DNA of 64,000 nucleotides from Macrostomum lignano (Eukaryota): NCBI GenBank assembly GCA_002269645.1, contig NIVC01000013.1, positions 1,302,001 to 1,366,000 of the forward strand, read 5' to 3'. Shown piece by piece: positions 10,962 to 40,500 of this stretch (position 1 is its first letter; each line of letters starts with the position of its first letter). The notes under the pieces were generated by a model. It saw only the letters and a program-made list of their open reading frames with translations, ran no database searches and was not told where the DNA came from. The position numbers and the translations under genes were made by a program.

Positions 10962-11796
10962 TGTCATGAATGTGTTATTATGACTGTGTGTACTTTGCTA
11001 CTTTGCTACGCCGGGCCAGTCGGCCGTCCTCTCCCCCCTCCTTAGATATTTTCTGACTCACCCACCTGCACTTCTGCGCGTGCGTACCCCTCCCCTCCCT
11101 GCCTAGACCTTTTCTGTTGAGTCAAACCCCCCCCCCCCATGCTCTGCGTGCGACCCCCCCCCTGTGCGACCCCGCCCCATTATTTTGTTAGCTTTGCTGC
11201 CCCGCCCCTGTTTGTGATTGGCTGCCAGTCCCAGTCTGCCGTGCTGCGCCCCGGCGATTGGCTGGTACAGCTCATGCGTTGCCTTGGCTGATGTCTAAGC
11301 CCCCTTTTCTGCCTTTATCCCGCGCCCTCGACCCCCAGTTTGCTGCCTATTTATTCGGCCCCCTTGAGACCCCATTCTCGTCGTCTTCGGGCTCCTCGGC
11401 GATTGTGCCAGCGTTGGTTGCTGAATTGCTATTCCTCGCAGAATTGCTAGACAAATATATAAGTAAAGAATATCGAGATCACCACTGCTCTGACGGCGCT
11501 GTTTCTTGTACGACTGAAATCGCGGCTGGTAAGCCTTCCAATTTGTACGTCATTTGGGTCTGCATCTGTACTAGGCACCTTAGAGGGATTAAGTGCGTCG
11601 TACGCCGGTCCCACCCCAAGCAGCTCTGCGTCGTACGCGAGTCTGTAGGCTGTCGTGCGTCGTACGCTCGAGCAGCCTAGTCCCGACGGACACCGCGTCG
11701 TACGCGTGTCAGTGGAGGACCGCAGCCAGGGTCAGTACACGAACCCGGGTCTGGGAAAGGGGCACGAAAGGACCGAGCCCTTGAGCCCCATCATCA
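10962..11796 (+). repeat. 3' LTR
   Basis: Near-identical direct repeat of 3144-3976. Confidence 0.95.
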
Positions 11797-11802
11797 AAGA
11801 TA

Positions 11803-12020
11803 CACCATCCCGTACCAATTAATGGGAGAGCTACAGAAAACCATCGACAAAATGGAAGCCCAAGGGATACTAAAAAAAGCGGCAACCCTATACATCTCAC
11901 CAATCTTGCTAGTCAAAAAGAAAGCAGAATCGCCCAAAGCCAAGCCTGTTTATCGTCTCTGTGTTGACTTTAGAGACAGTGTATGCCTAGAATTCCCGAT
12001 CTGCTAGCCACCGCACACCC
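11803..12020 (+). pseudogene. Continuation of the outer element RT N-terminus, then truncated
   Basis: TIPYQLMGELQKTIDKMEAQGILKKAATLYISPILLVKKK...YRLCVDFR, then MPRIPDLL in another frame. No YxDD found downstream. Confidence 0.8.
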
Positions 12021-14175
12021 CAACCCGGAAACAGACGGGTAGTAGAGGCGAAGTTCCTGTAAGGACCGAAAGGGGAGGGTACAGATGGTGAGATTTGACA
12101 CGATGGTCGAGCGGTTACTCGTGTTCGAGGACCAATCGTATTGTCGTGCGATCGCACCAAAGTGCCCCCCACAACCCAACACCGGACGAGCTAGTCCTGT
12201 GTTCAGGATTGGTTCAAAAGGTGAACATGGAGAAATTAACAGGTATGATTCGTCAAAGCAGTGCCATTGGTAGGTAAGAAATCACCCATAAAATCCAGCA
12301 AGAATAATTTCACACTTAACATTAGCGGACCAACCCATGCTTCACCTAACAATTTATTTATGCTTACAAACGTAGTAGCAGCGACAAAAAAAAATTGAGT
12401 AGAAGTAAAGTAAAATGCGTCATACACATAGCCTATAGTATGTAGCAGTACAGTCGTTAAATGATTACGCACGCACGCGTGCTCTCGTTCATAACAATTC
12501 ATAAATGTAGGTCCCCTTAGCATACTGAAGTATTTTAAAGTTACATAGAACAATACAAAATCACCTATAATATATCGTTATGACGTTATATTAAAACAAA
12601 AGCCGTTTGGGTCAATCATTTTCGCAGAATACAGCAGTCACCTAATGAACTGATCGTGCCAACCAACTCAACTAACATTTCAAACTAACTTTCATTAAAT
12701 CAATATACTAAGCGACATCTATTTCATTTCTAACCCTATATCGTTAATATTCTTACGCTATTTCATTCCAGATCCATCAAATTAATCCTCGTTGCACAAG
12801 GATTTCAAAGGGAATAATATAGGGATTAGAAATTAGCAAATAATAAGCATCATTAAAAGGTGCTTAGCGAAAGTTAAAAGGCTGGAAACAGAACTTAGAG
12901 ATAAGACAGCGAAGTAAAAGAAATGAAAAGAACAGCTAGAAAGTGAAATAAATTTAACTGTCACCTTTCCCCAAGATTTCAGACCAAGCAAGATGACATT
13001 AAAGTCAGCCGAGGTACCAGCCAGAGTCAGTCGGCGCGGTGCCAGGAGAAGCGATACGGCAAGATACCCCGACTGGCGGGCGAGATAGAGCAATGGTCAA
13101 CGGCCCCGAAATGGGCAACGTGCGCAGAGACTTTAATTCTATAGCCTGGGCTCCAGTGAAGCTCACCGATAAATCTAAAGACTCATATTTGTTATTTGGG
13201 CTACAGGCACGAGTCATAAGCAGCCAAGTAGCGATTTCCTTTGTAAGCTCTCTTAGGCTTCGAGGACAGTGGAAGCAATAGAACAAACCGCTAGACAACC
13301 AAGAAAGAGAGAAGCATAGCCGGAGACCTAAGAGGAGTCTTACAACTCGCATGAATGCTAACTCGGGTGCCAACTAATGTGTCTGAATAACAAAGACAAA
13401 GCGATGAATTCAAATTGATTAAAAATTTATTGTAACATCAGTTTTAGCTTGTCGCTAAACACAAAATTTCCTGACACATACAGTAAAATGGGCAAATAAA
13501 ATGACAGTTTTCTCGAACAAGCTTAACTGGTCAACAACAGCAATGGACACTTTGAAATTTCGGTACACAATGTACTAGGATGAGTGCCTGCAAACAACAA
13601 GAGAGTACATTTAAGTACCGCTGTTCCATTAAACAGCTCAATATAGAATATAATCAGAACCTGAAAATAGAATCAATGTAGCTTTGGTACGCGTGTACTT
13701 TAAAGTGCAATGCAAAGTACATATGTACTTTTGATGCAATTTCTCTAAAAGTATATACAACAGGCATTAGTTTCAGCTTTTAGCTTTTAGCTTTACGCGA
13801 CAGAGAACAGAATAAACTATGAAGCGAGCGAACTTCAGTCATACTATCAGTAGAGAGTGAAGCAAATTTGCATCAATGTTAAAGACAAGCAAAGGCAAGG
13901 AGGACAAAGACCTTTAATAATTTGGTAAATTCTTGATAAAATACAACAATTTGTTTATCAATGTTTATTGACAGAAAGCTCCAAAACTGCTTTAATAAAA
14001 CTCGCTACTATGATTTATTACAGGGCAAGCTGCTGTCTTCACTTCAGCCGATATGTATCGAAAAAATCATTTAATGCCCATGGTTTTTGTACATCTAAAA
14101 TTTTCAACTATCAGTGCATTTTTAAAACAAATTAAAAGAAAACAATTTTTGAAACGATTTCCACCCCCTGACAGA

Positions 14176-31206
<17,031 letters not shown>

Positions 31207-31819
31207 GTCACGTTCGATTTCCAAGCATACGAACGAGAAAAGAGAAATTCTAGCGTATTCAACTGTTGACTGCTGAAAACAGAAATTGTCTAACCTGTCT
31301 CGTATGTGGGTCTTTGCACGGGTTTTTAATAGAATCTAAATTTCAAGCAGAGATAAAGCGGCTAGACTGACTCTCTTGGGACCAAGGACTGTGAAACAAG
31401 CGCAGCAACCCCGAAAGAACGAAATAAACGACTGAGATAAGGAGACTCCTGAGAGATGGCATCAGAGCTGCCTGCATTCCCACGAAAAGCATGAGAATCA
31501 AGTCGCATTTCAATACGCCAGAAATTTTGGTGTGAATCGAACATTACTTTAAATGTTCGTTGTCCTGCTGTGTCGGACGCTTGAATCGAGAGGAGACCGT
31601 ATCCTAAAATCACGTACCTCATGAGCCACTGCGAAATAAACATTTAAGCAATTTAGCAAACTCGAATATTGACTTGGGGGCTTTTATTGCTTCGAATTTT
31701 GGTTTCAAGTTAATTTCAAGAGATTACTGGGATGCCTGCAGGGCGGAGCCATGAGAGAGCTAAAGGATCGCCCTCGATCCCCCTTATAGTACGAGCTAGA
31801 TTGGTAACAAGATAGCGTC

Positions 31820-32400
31820 CCTGGTGCTGGCGCCCCTGGTGCTGGCGCCCCTGGTGCTGGCGCCCCTGGTGCTGGCGCCCCTGGTGCTGGCGCCCCTGGT
31901 GCTGGCGCCCCTGGTGCTGGCGCCCCTGGTGCTGGCGCCCCTGGTGCTGGCGCCCCTGGTGCTGGCGCCCCTGGTGCTGGCGCCCCTGGTGCTGGCGCCC
32001 CTGGTGCTGGCGCCCCTGGTGCTGGCGCCCCTGGTGCTGGCGCCCCTGGTGCTGGCGCCCCTGGTGCTGGCGCCCCTGGTGCTGGCGCCCCTGGTGCTGG
32101 CGCCCCTGGTGCTGGCGCCCCTGGTGCTGGCGCCCCTGGTGCTGGCGCCCCTGGTGCTGGCGCCCCTGGTGCTGGCGCCCCTGGTGCTGGCGCCCCTGGT
32201 GCTGGCGCCCCTGGTGCTGGCGCCCCTGGTGCTGGCGCCCCTGGTGCTGGCGCCCCTGGTGCTGGCGCCCCTGGTGCTGGCGCCCCTGGTGCTGGCGCCC
32301 CTGGTGCTGGCGCCCCTGGTGCTGGCGCCCCTGGTGCTGGCGCCCCTGGTGCTGGCGCCCCTGGTGCTGGCGCCCCTGGTGCTGGCGCCCCTGGTGCTGG
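31820..32400 (+). repeat. 15-bp perfect tandem repeat (cctggtgctggcgcc), ~39 copies
   Basis: Identical units at the 5' side of the LINE remnant. Confidence 0.97.
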
Positions 32401-33730
32401 CTAAAGCCCCTGCATGGCTAAGCCGGGGCTCCACTCTGAGGACCTCGGAGCCGGCTGGAGCCTCCTGTACACGTCGGCAAGACGTCCACGGCCGAGGCGG
32501 TGTCGGCACGCTGATCGGACTGCGCCTTCGGCAGAGCGTGCACTGCGCTTCGCTGTCCCCGCGACCGATACGAGTCCACCTGCGCCTGCGCGCCCGCTGC
32601 ATCCGTCTGTTCTGCGTGTATGCACCCACCGCTGCTCACCCCGAGGAGCTCGCGCCTTCTTCGACTTCCTGGCTGGGCAGCTGGAAGAGGTGCCAAACTG
32701 CGACACGCTGGCGGTGCTCGGAGACCTGAACACAGTACCGCGGAGGTCCGAACGCTCGACCTTTGTCGCGGGACGCGAGAATGCCAACACCGATGCGTTC
32801 GGTACGTGTGCTCGGTGCGCTCGAATCTGCTTGACCCGCTGGACCTGGTGTCCGCGAACACCCAGTTCCGCAAGCCCCCTGCCCGCCTGGTTACTTTTGC
32901 GGGCTGCAAGATAAGACGACGGAACTCACGCGGGCGGAACGCCACGAGGAAACTGGCGCAACTCGATCATGCGCTGGTTCGCACTCGCGAGCGCCGCCAC
33001 GTCACCAACTGCGACACCATGGCTCCGCTGGCTCTCCGGTTAGACCACCGACTCCTGCTCTGCGACTTGCGGCTCCATGACCAGCTCTACCGACGGCCAA
33101 AGCAACAGCCACGGCGCTACTATAGCGCTCTGTTGCAGGACACCAGCGTGAAGCGTCAATTCGCGGGCGCCTTCGTCGGCGCGCTTGCAGACCAGCTCGA
33201 GGCGGGGTAATCCATCGTATGCACCGCCGTTAGAGCCGCTGCAGAGCAGACGGTCCCGCTGATGCGGCCAGCGCAGAAATCGCTGCCTGTCTGGCAGAGC
33301 AACCCGACCATCAGGCAGGCGCGGTTCAACATCGAGTGACTCCGCAGAAACCGGCGGGCCACGGGCGACGCTGAAGACACGTTTGAGCGCCTTCTAGATG
33401 AGCGGCAGCAGGCCGCTGTCGACGACACCGTCCGGTCCATCACTGCAGGCGGCCCCGACGTGAAAAGACGTGCAGTGTGGACGGCCGTCAGGACTCTGAC
33501 GGGGCCGTCAGGACTCTGACGGGGCCGTCAGGACTCTGACGGGGCCGTCAGGACTCTGACGGTGCGCAAAAAGCGCGTGGCGCTGAATCTGGCCGGCGAC
33601 ACGCCCGAGGAGCGCAGGAATGAATTGCGCGATTTCTTCGCCGGCATCGTGAACGCACCCACGTTGCCGCTGCCTGCAGGTCCTCTGCCTGCCAGCCTGC
33701 CGCTGCCTGCGCCTGGGCGGCCTTCGGTTC
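32400..33730 (+). mobile_element. Decayed non-LTR retrotransposon (APE endonuclease and linker, RTE-like), RT absent
   Basis: Frameshifted APE motifs GGVGTLIG, LFCVYAPT, VLGDLN, SANTQF, QLDHALV, LDHRLL, followed by a basic linker and LRDFFAGIVN. Confidence 0.8.
33485..33562 (+). repeat. 4 copies of a 20-bp hairpin-forming unit (ccgtcaggactctgacgggg)
   Basis: ccgtcag and ctgacgg within each unit are reverse complements. Confidence 0.85.
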
Positions 33731-34552
33731 GATCCGCTGCGTGCATGACCTGTCAATCGGGAAAAAGTACGGCGCATTTCATTGAACCCGGTAGATGACA
33801 CTGTAAGAATGAGACCGTTACATGTTTTACAACACCGATTGAGCCTTTGCTAAAAACTTTGCTCGAACAAGCAGTAGCTTGGTTGACGTGGCACACACTG
33901 CTGACCTTGTTTGTCTTCAATGTAAATGATGACTGATTTTCAACTAAGGCCCTGCCTCTGCGCAGGCCATCATATGCATTACCCATCACTTGTACGAATG
34001 TATACACGCGGCGTGGGACCACCATAAATTGTGACGGCTTTGTTACGTTAATAAGTAGAAAAACGAATACAACAATATTAAGTGAAATTTAAGACCTTAA
34101 AGATAGGATTTTTCGTTTTTTTGTAGCTTAAACGCTATATAATGTATATTTTCTAATAATTAATCTTTTAAAGGATGTTTGTTGTCTCTTTTCTGTGAAT
34201 ATGTAGATGGAACAAGTTCAAAATGAAATGATGTGACTTAATTTTTTGCTTATAATTTATCAATTTAATAACAAATCTTGACGAAGCGTAAGAGATTCAG
34301 TGACCTTAAAATCCTTATAGTTTTTATATTAGGCTGTTTCATTCGTAGATCTTTTTTACTCAAAATAATCTTTCCCTAGTACCAGACTGCGAAATACAAA
34401 GCTGAACAAAAACAGCAGTTTAAAGAATATACTCTAGTTTTAATCAAGCTTCCTTATGTTGTCTAAGCTAGCTCACCTAATGTCGTATAAGATTGAGGAT
34501 TAAATAGAACTCCTTGCTTAAAAGACTCATCGATACATTATCGTTAGCCTAA

Positions 34553-37500
34553 ATGTTTCAGCGGCTGAAACAGAAAATTGAAGAATCGAATACAGTAAAA
34601 AAGGTTGGTAATATTATTACAACAAGATTGGACTCTAATAATTATGATGATTTATTTATATTGCCTAATAAATGAATTGGCTCAGCTAAAATTTAGTCAC
34701 ATGATGGTGGAGTTAAAAAGAGTTGGAGGAAAGTAGGCCTGTATTTTGATAAAAAATTTATTGGGATAGTTCTTATACCATGGAAGGAATTAGGTCTACT
34801 CTCTCTAGGCATTACAAATTTTTGTGGTCTTCTCAATTCTCAAAAGCTGGCTGTTGGCTGCCATTCCCTTTCCATATCTTCTAAATTTTGCTCTTGTAGT
34901 ATATAATTGGCTATTAGGCTATGTTATAAACATAGGCATAAGTCTACATTTTTGACATAGGTGATAGGTCTAAACAGTGTTGGGTACCAGTCCATTAATA
35001 AGCATTAATAAGTGTTAAGATTTTTCATTAACGTTAACGGAGAATTGTTAAGATTTTTTTGAACTAACGGATTAACGAATTTGCGTTAAAATTTTTGTGA
35101 ATTAACGATAAATTCATTGTTAATAGTAGTGTCTAGTCAATGACCAAAGATGAAAAGAAGGAACAAAAAATAGAAGTCTTACAAGAAGTTTAAACATTAC
35201 AAACATATTTGAGCTTACCTATATGCCTAAATATAATCTCTTTATTTATGACAATGATCATACAGACGTACATATAATTAACAACTTCTTACAAAAAACT
35301 TTAAAATAATGAATTAAAATAGTGTGAAACTTTATTTCTTGCATGTGAGCATCGATCACTTTGATTCACTTCTGTCCCAATCTTTCGCTGCTTTCTGCTG
35401 CGCCTGCTAATGGTACTGAAACAACCTTCCTATGTGTATTTAATTATGAATTTCTCATTATTAGCTTTTAAGTTTCAAATAAAATAAGTTACTTTTTTTA
35501 CCATATGCTTTACTTTTAGTAGTATTATGCATGCAAGTTTTTAAAATGATTATTTATTACTTTTTTAGCTTTCAAATCGCTTAGATGACCTGTGTTTTGC
35601 TAAAAAGATGGAATAGCAAAGACGTGCATTACGAAGTCTGTTTTGGAAAAAACGAGCAAGATTTCTATATTTTCTGTGTTAACTTTAATGGATTAACGAT
35701 TATTAACAATTATCAGTTAACTTTCAGTTAACTTAACGAAATTAGGATTAGATTAGGATTAGGATTAGGAGATTTTTTTGTTTTAACGCTAACGCTTTTG
35801 CTATTAATGGAAGTTAAGATTTTCATTAATGGTGTCCAACACTGGGTCTAAATAAGAAATTATTAAGAAGTGTAGTCTATCCTAATTTTATTTATTTATT
35901 ATATTTTAAAAAATAAGCATATTGATAAGAGTTTACAATTCTATCATATACAAAAAGTTTTAAATAAAATGTCTTGCAATCAAATAGGCTATTTTTACTT
36001 TTTTTATAATTGTAGGGCCTAGTCAGATTTTTTGTATAATATTTAGTCAATTATAAATAAATATATATAAAAAGAAAATATAATCAAAAGACTCAAATAT
36101 TATAGGCTACAGGTTAAAATGGCTATAGATCAAAAAGGTAATAATCAAAAAGGTGACAGTCAAAAGGGAGATAGTCAACCATAATATATTTATTGGAATT
36201 ACAAGTTAAAATGCTTTAAATTTGTATTTTCTAAAATGTACAAAACCATATGATTAGTTAAAATGTATTGGTATTTTAACAGTAAATGTGCATTAATACA
36301 TAGCTTAGTGGGGTCCATTTTTTACTCATTACTTATAGTAGACCATTTACTCAGTGGTTGCTATGTCTGAATTTTTTTCCAGTATTTAAAGTATATGGCT
36401 GGTTTACTATATGTAGCATATTATTTCTTACAAAAAGATCCCTATTGGAAAAAGTGACACTATAGATGGCTATCTAGTGTGTTTCTAAAAAAGCTAGTGC
36501 ACTTGATGTATAGTGTTGCACCTCTCAAATATAGCATGGTATACCTAAAGGGCTAAGAATTGGTGCACTAGGGTGGTATGCTAGAGGGGTAGTGCACCAG
36601 AAGGGTAGCACATGCTTAAAAGGTGGTACATAGAAATGACAATGTGTTAAAGGGTACAGCATTGGATCCATAGTCAGAAAGATGCATATATCCTAGAACC
36701 AGAAATTTTGCGAAGCCAGATATCAGAGTTTTCTAGTTTAGATGTAGACACAATTCTATAATATTTATTTTTTTCTATTTATTATACTAATATTTAGTGA
36801 TAAACAAGTATAGATTAGTTATCTATTGGCATGGAATATAGTTATTAGTTGAAGACTTTTTGTTAAATATATTGCAATCATATGCTTTTAGCTAAAACTA
36901 TTTGAATCTACTAGCAATCTAGTATCCCCTTTGGGATGCCCAATAAGCAAACAGTAAAAATTCTTAATCAAGCACATTAATAAAGCACAAAGAAAGATGT
37001 TTGCTATGATATCTATCTATCCCATTTATTAGTACTTCATTTCAAGTAGATAGATCCATTAGAAAAAATGATAATCAGTAAAGAACAGGTGTTAAATGGC
37101 AAGAAAGTTAAACTACTAATATAATACTCAAAGTTAAATTGGATTTGCCATTTTACAAAAAGACTGGTTAATCAAAATTAGATAACCTAAATATAGTTAT
37201 TTAAAAGCAAAAGATTTTTTATGGTAGCTAATTATAGCAAAAATTTTTAGTATATAGGATTACAGAATATTTTCAGAAAGTTTAATAATAAAAAGAATTT
37301 ATTAATGAATCTACTTATGGTATAATCCATAGGAAAAATATTGTAAATAAATAAAATATTTAAAATATTTTCTGTGATCTATTGGTACAAAATATTTGGT
37401 TTTATATTAACCTTTACATAGCAGTCTAGTCTAAAATAGTGCAAGACTGCTAAGTTGCTATGTAAAATATTTTTATTAAAAAAAAAGAATTCTATCAACA

Positions 37501-40500
37501 AATGCACACAGGCAACAGATTCTCTGGGCCGTCTGACGCCAAACCCAGCCGCGGCAGGGGGCGAAACTGATAATGGCACAGCAGCCAATCAGGAAGCGCC
37601 GCTGGCCGCAGCCTCCTCTGGCCGACCAATCAGATCGCGCCAATCGTCCGGCAGCTCAATAGCTAGCGATGCTTCATTTTTTTCAGCGGCTGCCGCCGCT
37701 GCATCAAAATCGCCCCACACACCGCTGCCATCGTTGCCACCGGCGCCGTCAGATCTGGAATCGGAGGCCTCGGTTGCTGGCGTTGAGGTTATGACGAAAC
37801 AGGAATTGTTTCAGAAATTCCTTCACGTTCAATCGTTAGCTAAACGGTACAAGAGTAAGTTCTACGAATTGATGGAGGCGCACAGGAGTCTGGATACGGA
37901 GAAGGAGAAGCTGAAGAAAGCTTTGACTACTAATCAGGTAAGATTTGGGTTTTTGCTAACTAATCAAGAGCGTCCATAAAAATCTATTAGACATTGTCCC
38001 AAAAAACCGTGTTTATAATGTAATCTTTTCAATACATTTCCAGGACAAGTCCCTTAGAAGAATCAGCGAACTCAAAGAGCAAATCGAGTTGGACCAATTG
38101 GCTAAACGAGATTTAGAACAGAACTATAGTTTAATGCTAGAGGAGAAAGATGAACTTAATAAAGTGCTTAAAATACAGGTGAGTTTGAAACTATGCTCTG
38201 TTGGTTTCTCCGTTAAAATTGAGGCTGGGAGAGAAATAGAATCAGCTCCGAAACTGCACGCCAGCCAATCATAGACCGCTATTAAATAGGGGTAGGGTAG
38301 GGAGAGAGGCGAAAAAGTCGTCAGTTCAGAAACTGCACGCCAGCCAATCAGAGGCCGCCATCAAAGTGGGGTTAGGAAGAGAAAAGAAAGAGTCATCTAG
38401 TTTAGAAACTGCACGCCAGCAAATCAGAGGCTGCCATCGAATTGGGGGTAGGGTAGGGAGAGAAAAGAGTCGTCAAGTTCAAAAACTGCACGCCAGCCAA
38501 TCAGAGGCCGCCATCAAATTGGGGGTAGGGTAGGGAGAGAAAAGAATCGTCAAGTTCAGAAACTGCATGCCAGCCAATCAGAGGCCGCCATCAAATTGGG
38601 GGTAGGGTAGGGAGAGAAAAGAGTCGTCAAGTTCAAAAACTGCACGCCAGCCAATCAGAGGCCGCCATCAAATTAGGGGTAGGGTAGGGAGAGAAAAGAA
38701 TCGTCAAGTTCAGAAACTGCATGCCAGCCAATCAGAGGCCGCCATCAAATTGGGGGTAGGGTAGGGAGAGAAAAGCTAGAACTTTGAAGCCCTCGACTTC
38801 CAGTCAATAAGCTCAGCTGTCTGGAACGCGGTGACAAGCATTGTGTATGTAAAATAAGGTTGTTTAATTAAAAAACACAACATGAAAAGTTCAAATTTTA
38901 ATGATAAAAATGAATAAAAAATACCACCGTTAGCTGGAGGACTGCAATCTGATGATGGCTGAGGTATCGAACTTTTTATATTGTTAACCTAAGTTAATCA
39001 TACCCTTATTGTTAATAATAGCTACAGACTATTATTAATATTTGCTAATGAATCATAAGCAAGTTGGGAAAAGTGAAAGTTATGCAATATTTTTACAAAG
39101 TGAATTTTACTTTATTAGCCTTAGTATTTACAGATGTAATTGAGCTATTCAACCCAAAACGCACTGCCTGTTAATTTTATATACCATTTATTTGTAACAA
39201 GTTGCACTATAGAAATTGGATACTGGTTGATAATATTTCATGGTATTTTAAACTATAGTTAATCTTTATTCATTCTATTTACGCTTAATTCTTTAACCTC
39301 GTGGTGATAAAACCTCGGTCAGGTGAGCCTTCTAAAAGAGGGCAAAGACCTTCCACCGGAACTGGAAGCCAAGATCAAGGATGGTCACGAGAAGGAGGCG
39401 TCTGAGAAGCGAAAAATGGAAGAAAATTTGAAAGCGGCTCAAGAGAAGGTGAGACTTGAGCAAAATAATAGTTGTTAGTCTTCATTGTTTATTAACTAAT
39501 AATGACATTAATTTTCGATGCAGAATGTGCGATTGGAACAACTGCTAACCAAGTGTCGCGACAGTATTCAAAGTCACAAAGAGAAACTGGCAGAAATACA
39601 GGCCGATAAGGAGGCGCTGCGAGCTGAAGCTGAAGCTAAAATGCAAGCAAGTAAAGCTGAAATCGTAAGTGTAAGATGAGCTTCTGTTGCTTGATATAGT
39701 TTGCTATGTACATGTAAAGTCTTCGCCTAGGTAAAATCCATGATAAAGTTCAAACTTAGATCTAGGTCAGGCAAATCCCAATCTAGATCTAGGCCAGGTA
39801 AAATCCTAATCTAGATATAGGCCAGGTAAAATCCCAATCTAGATCTAGGCCAGGTAAAATCCTAATCTAGATCTAGGCCAGGTAAAATCCCAATCTAGAT
39901 CTAGGCCAGGTAAAATCCAATCTAGATCTAGGCCAGGTAAAATCCCAATCTAGATCTAGGCCAAGTAAAATCCCAATCTAGATCTAGGCCAGGTAAAATC
40001 CTAATCTAGATCTAGGCCAGGTAAAATTCCAATCTAGATCTAGGCCAGGTAAAATCCCAATCTAGATCTAGGCCAAGTAAAATCCCAATCTAGATCTAGG
40101 CTAGGTAAATTCCAATCTAGATCTAGGCCAGGTAAAATCCCAATCTAGATCTAGGCCAAGTAAAATCCCCAATCTAGATCTAGGCCAGGTAAAATCCTAA
40201 TCTAGATATAGGCCAGGTAAAATCCCAATCTAGATCTAGGCCAGGTAAAATCCTAATCTAGATCTTAGGCCAGGTAAAATCCCAATCTAGATCTAGGCCA
40301 GTTAAAATCCCCAATCTAGATCTAAGCCAGGTAAAATCCCAATCTAGATCTAGGCCAGGTAAAATCATAATCTAGATCTTAGGCCAGGTAAAATCCCAAT
40401 CTAGATCTAGGCCAGTTAAAATCCCCAATCTAGATCTAAGCCAGGTAAAATCCCAATCTAGATCTAGGCCAGGTAAAATCCCAATCTAGATCTAGGCCAG

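Larger units (their letters stand above)
3144..11796 (+). mobile_element. Full-length, very recent Ty3/Gypsy LTR retrotransposon with an accessory third ORF, nested in the RT gene of an older Gypsy element
   Basis: Two ~835-bp LTRs starting TGTCATGA, PBS, PPT, gag with two CCHC knuckles, and PR-RT-RH-IN order. The flanking duplication is aagata (3138-3143 and 11797-11802; the 4-bp reading is gata). Removing the element restores the host RT frame NKRYTIPYQLMGELQKTIDKMEAQGIL. Confidence 0.97.

Noticed and set aside
12020-13380. Integrase tail or 3' LTR of the outer Gypsy element
   Set aside because: A-rich composition fits, but I could not find a convincing integrase motif, PPT, TG...CA ends or a partner LTR.
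31796-32729. (VLAPL)n and (ASTRG)n ORFs
   Set aside because: Products of the 15-bp perfect array.
38250-38780. CRISPR-like array (also considered for other regular arrays)
   Set aside because: No unique spacers, no cas genes, and the context is eukaryotic and intron-containing.
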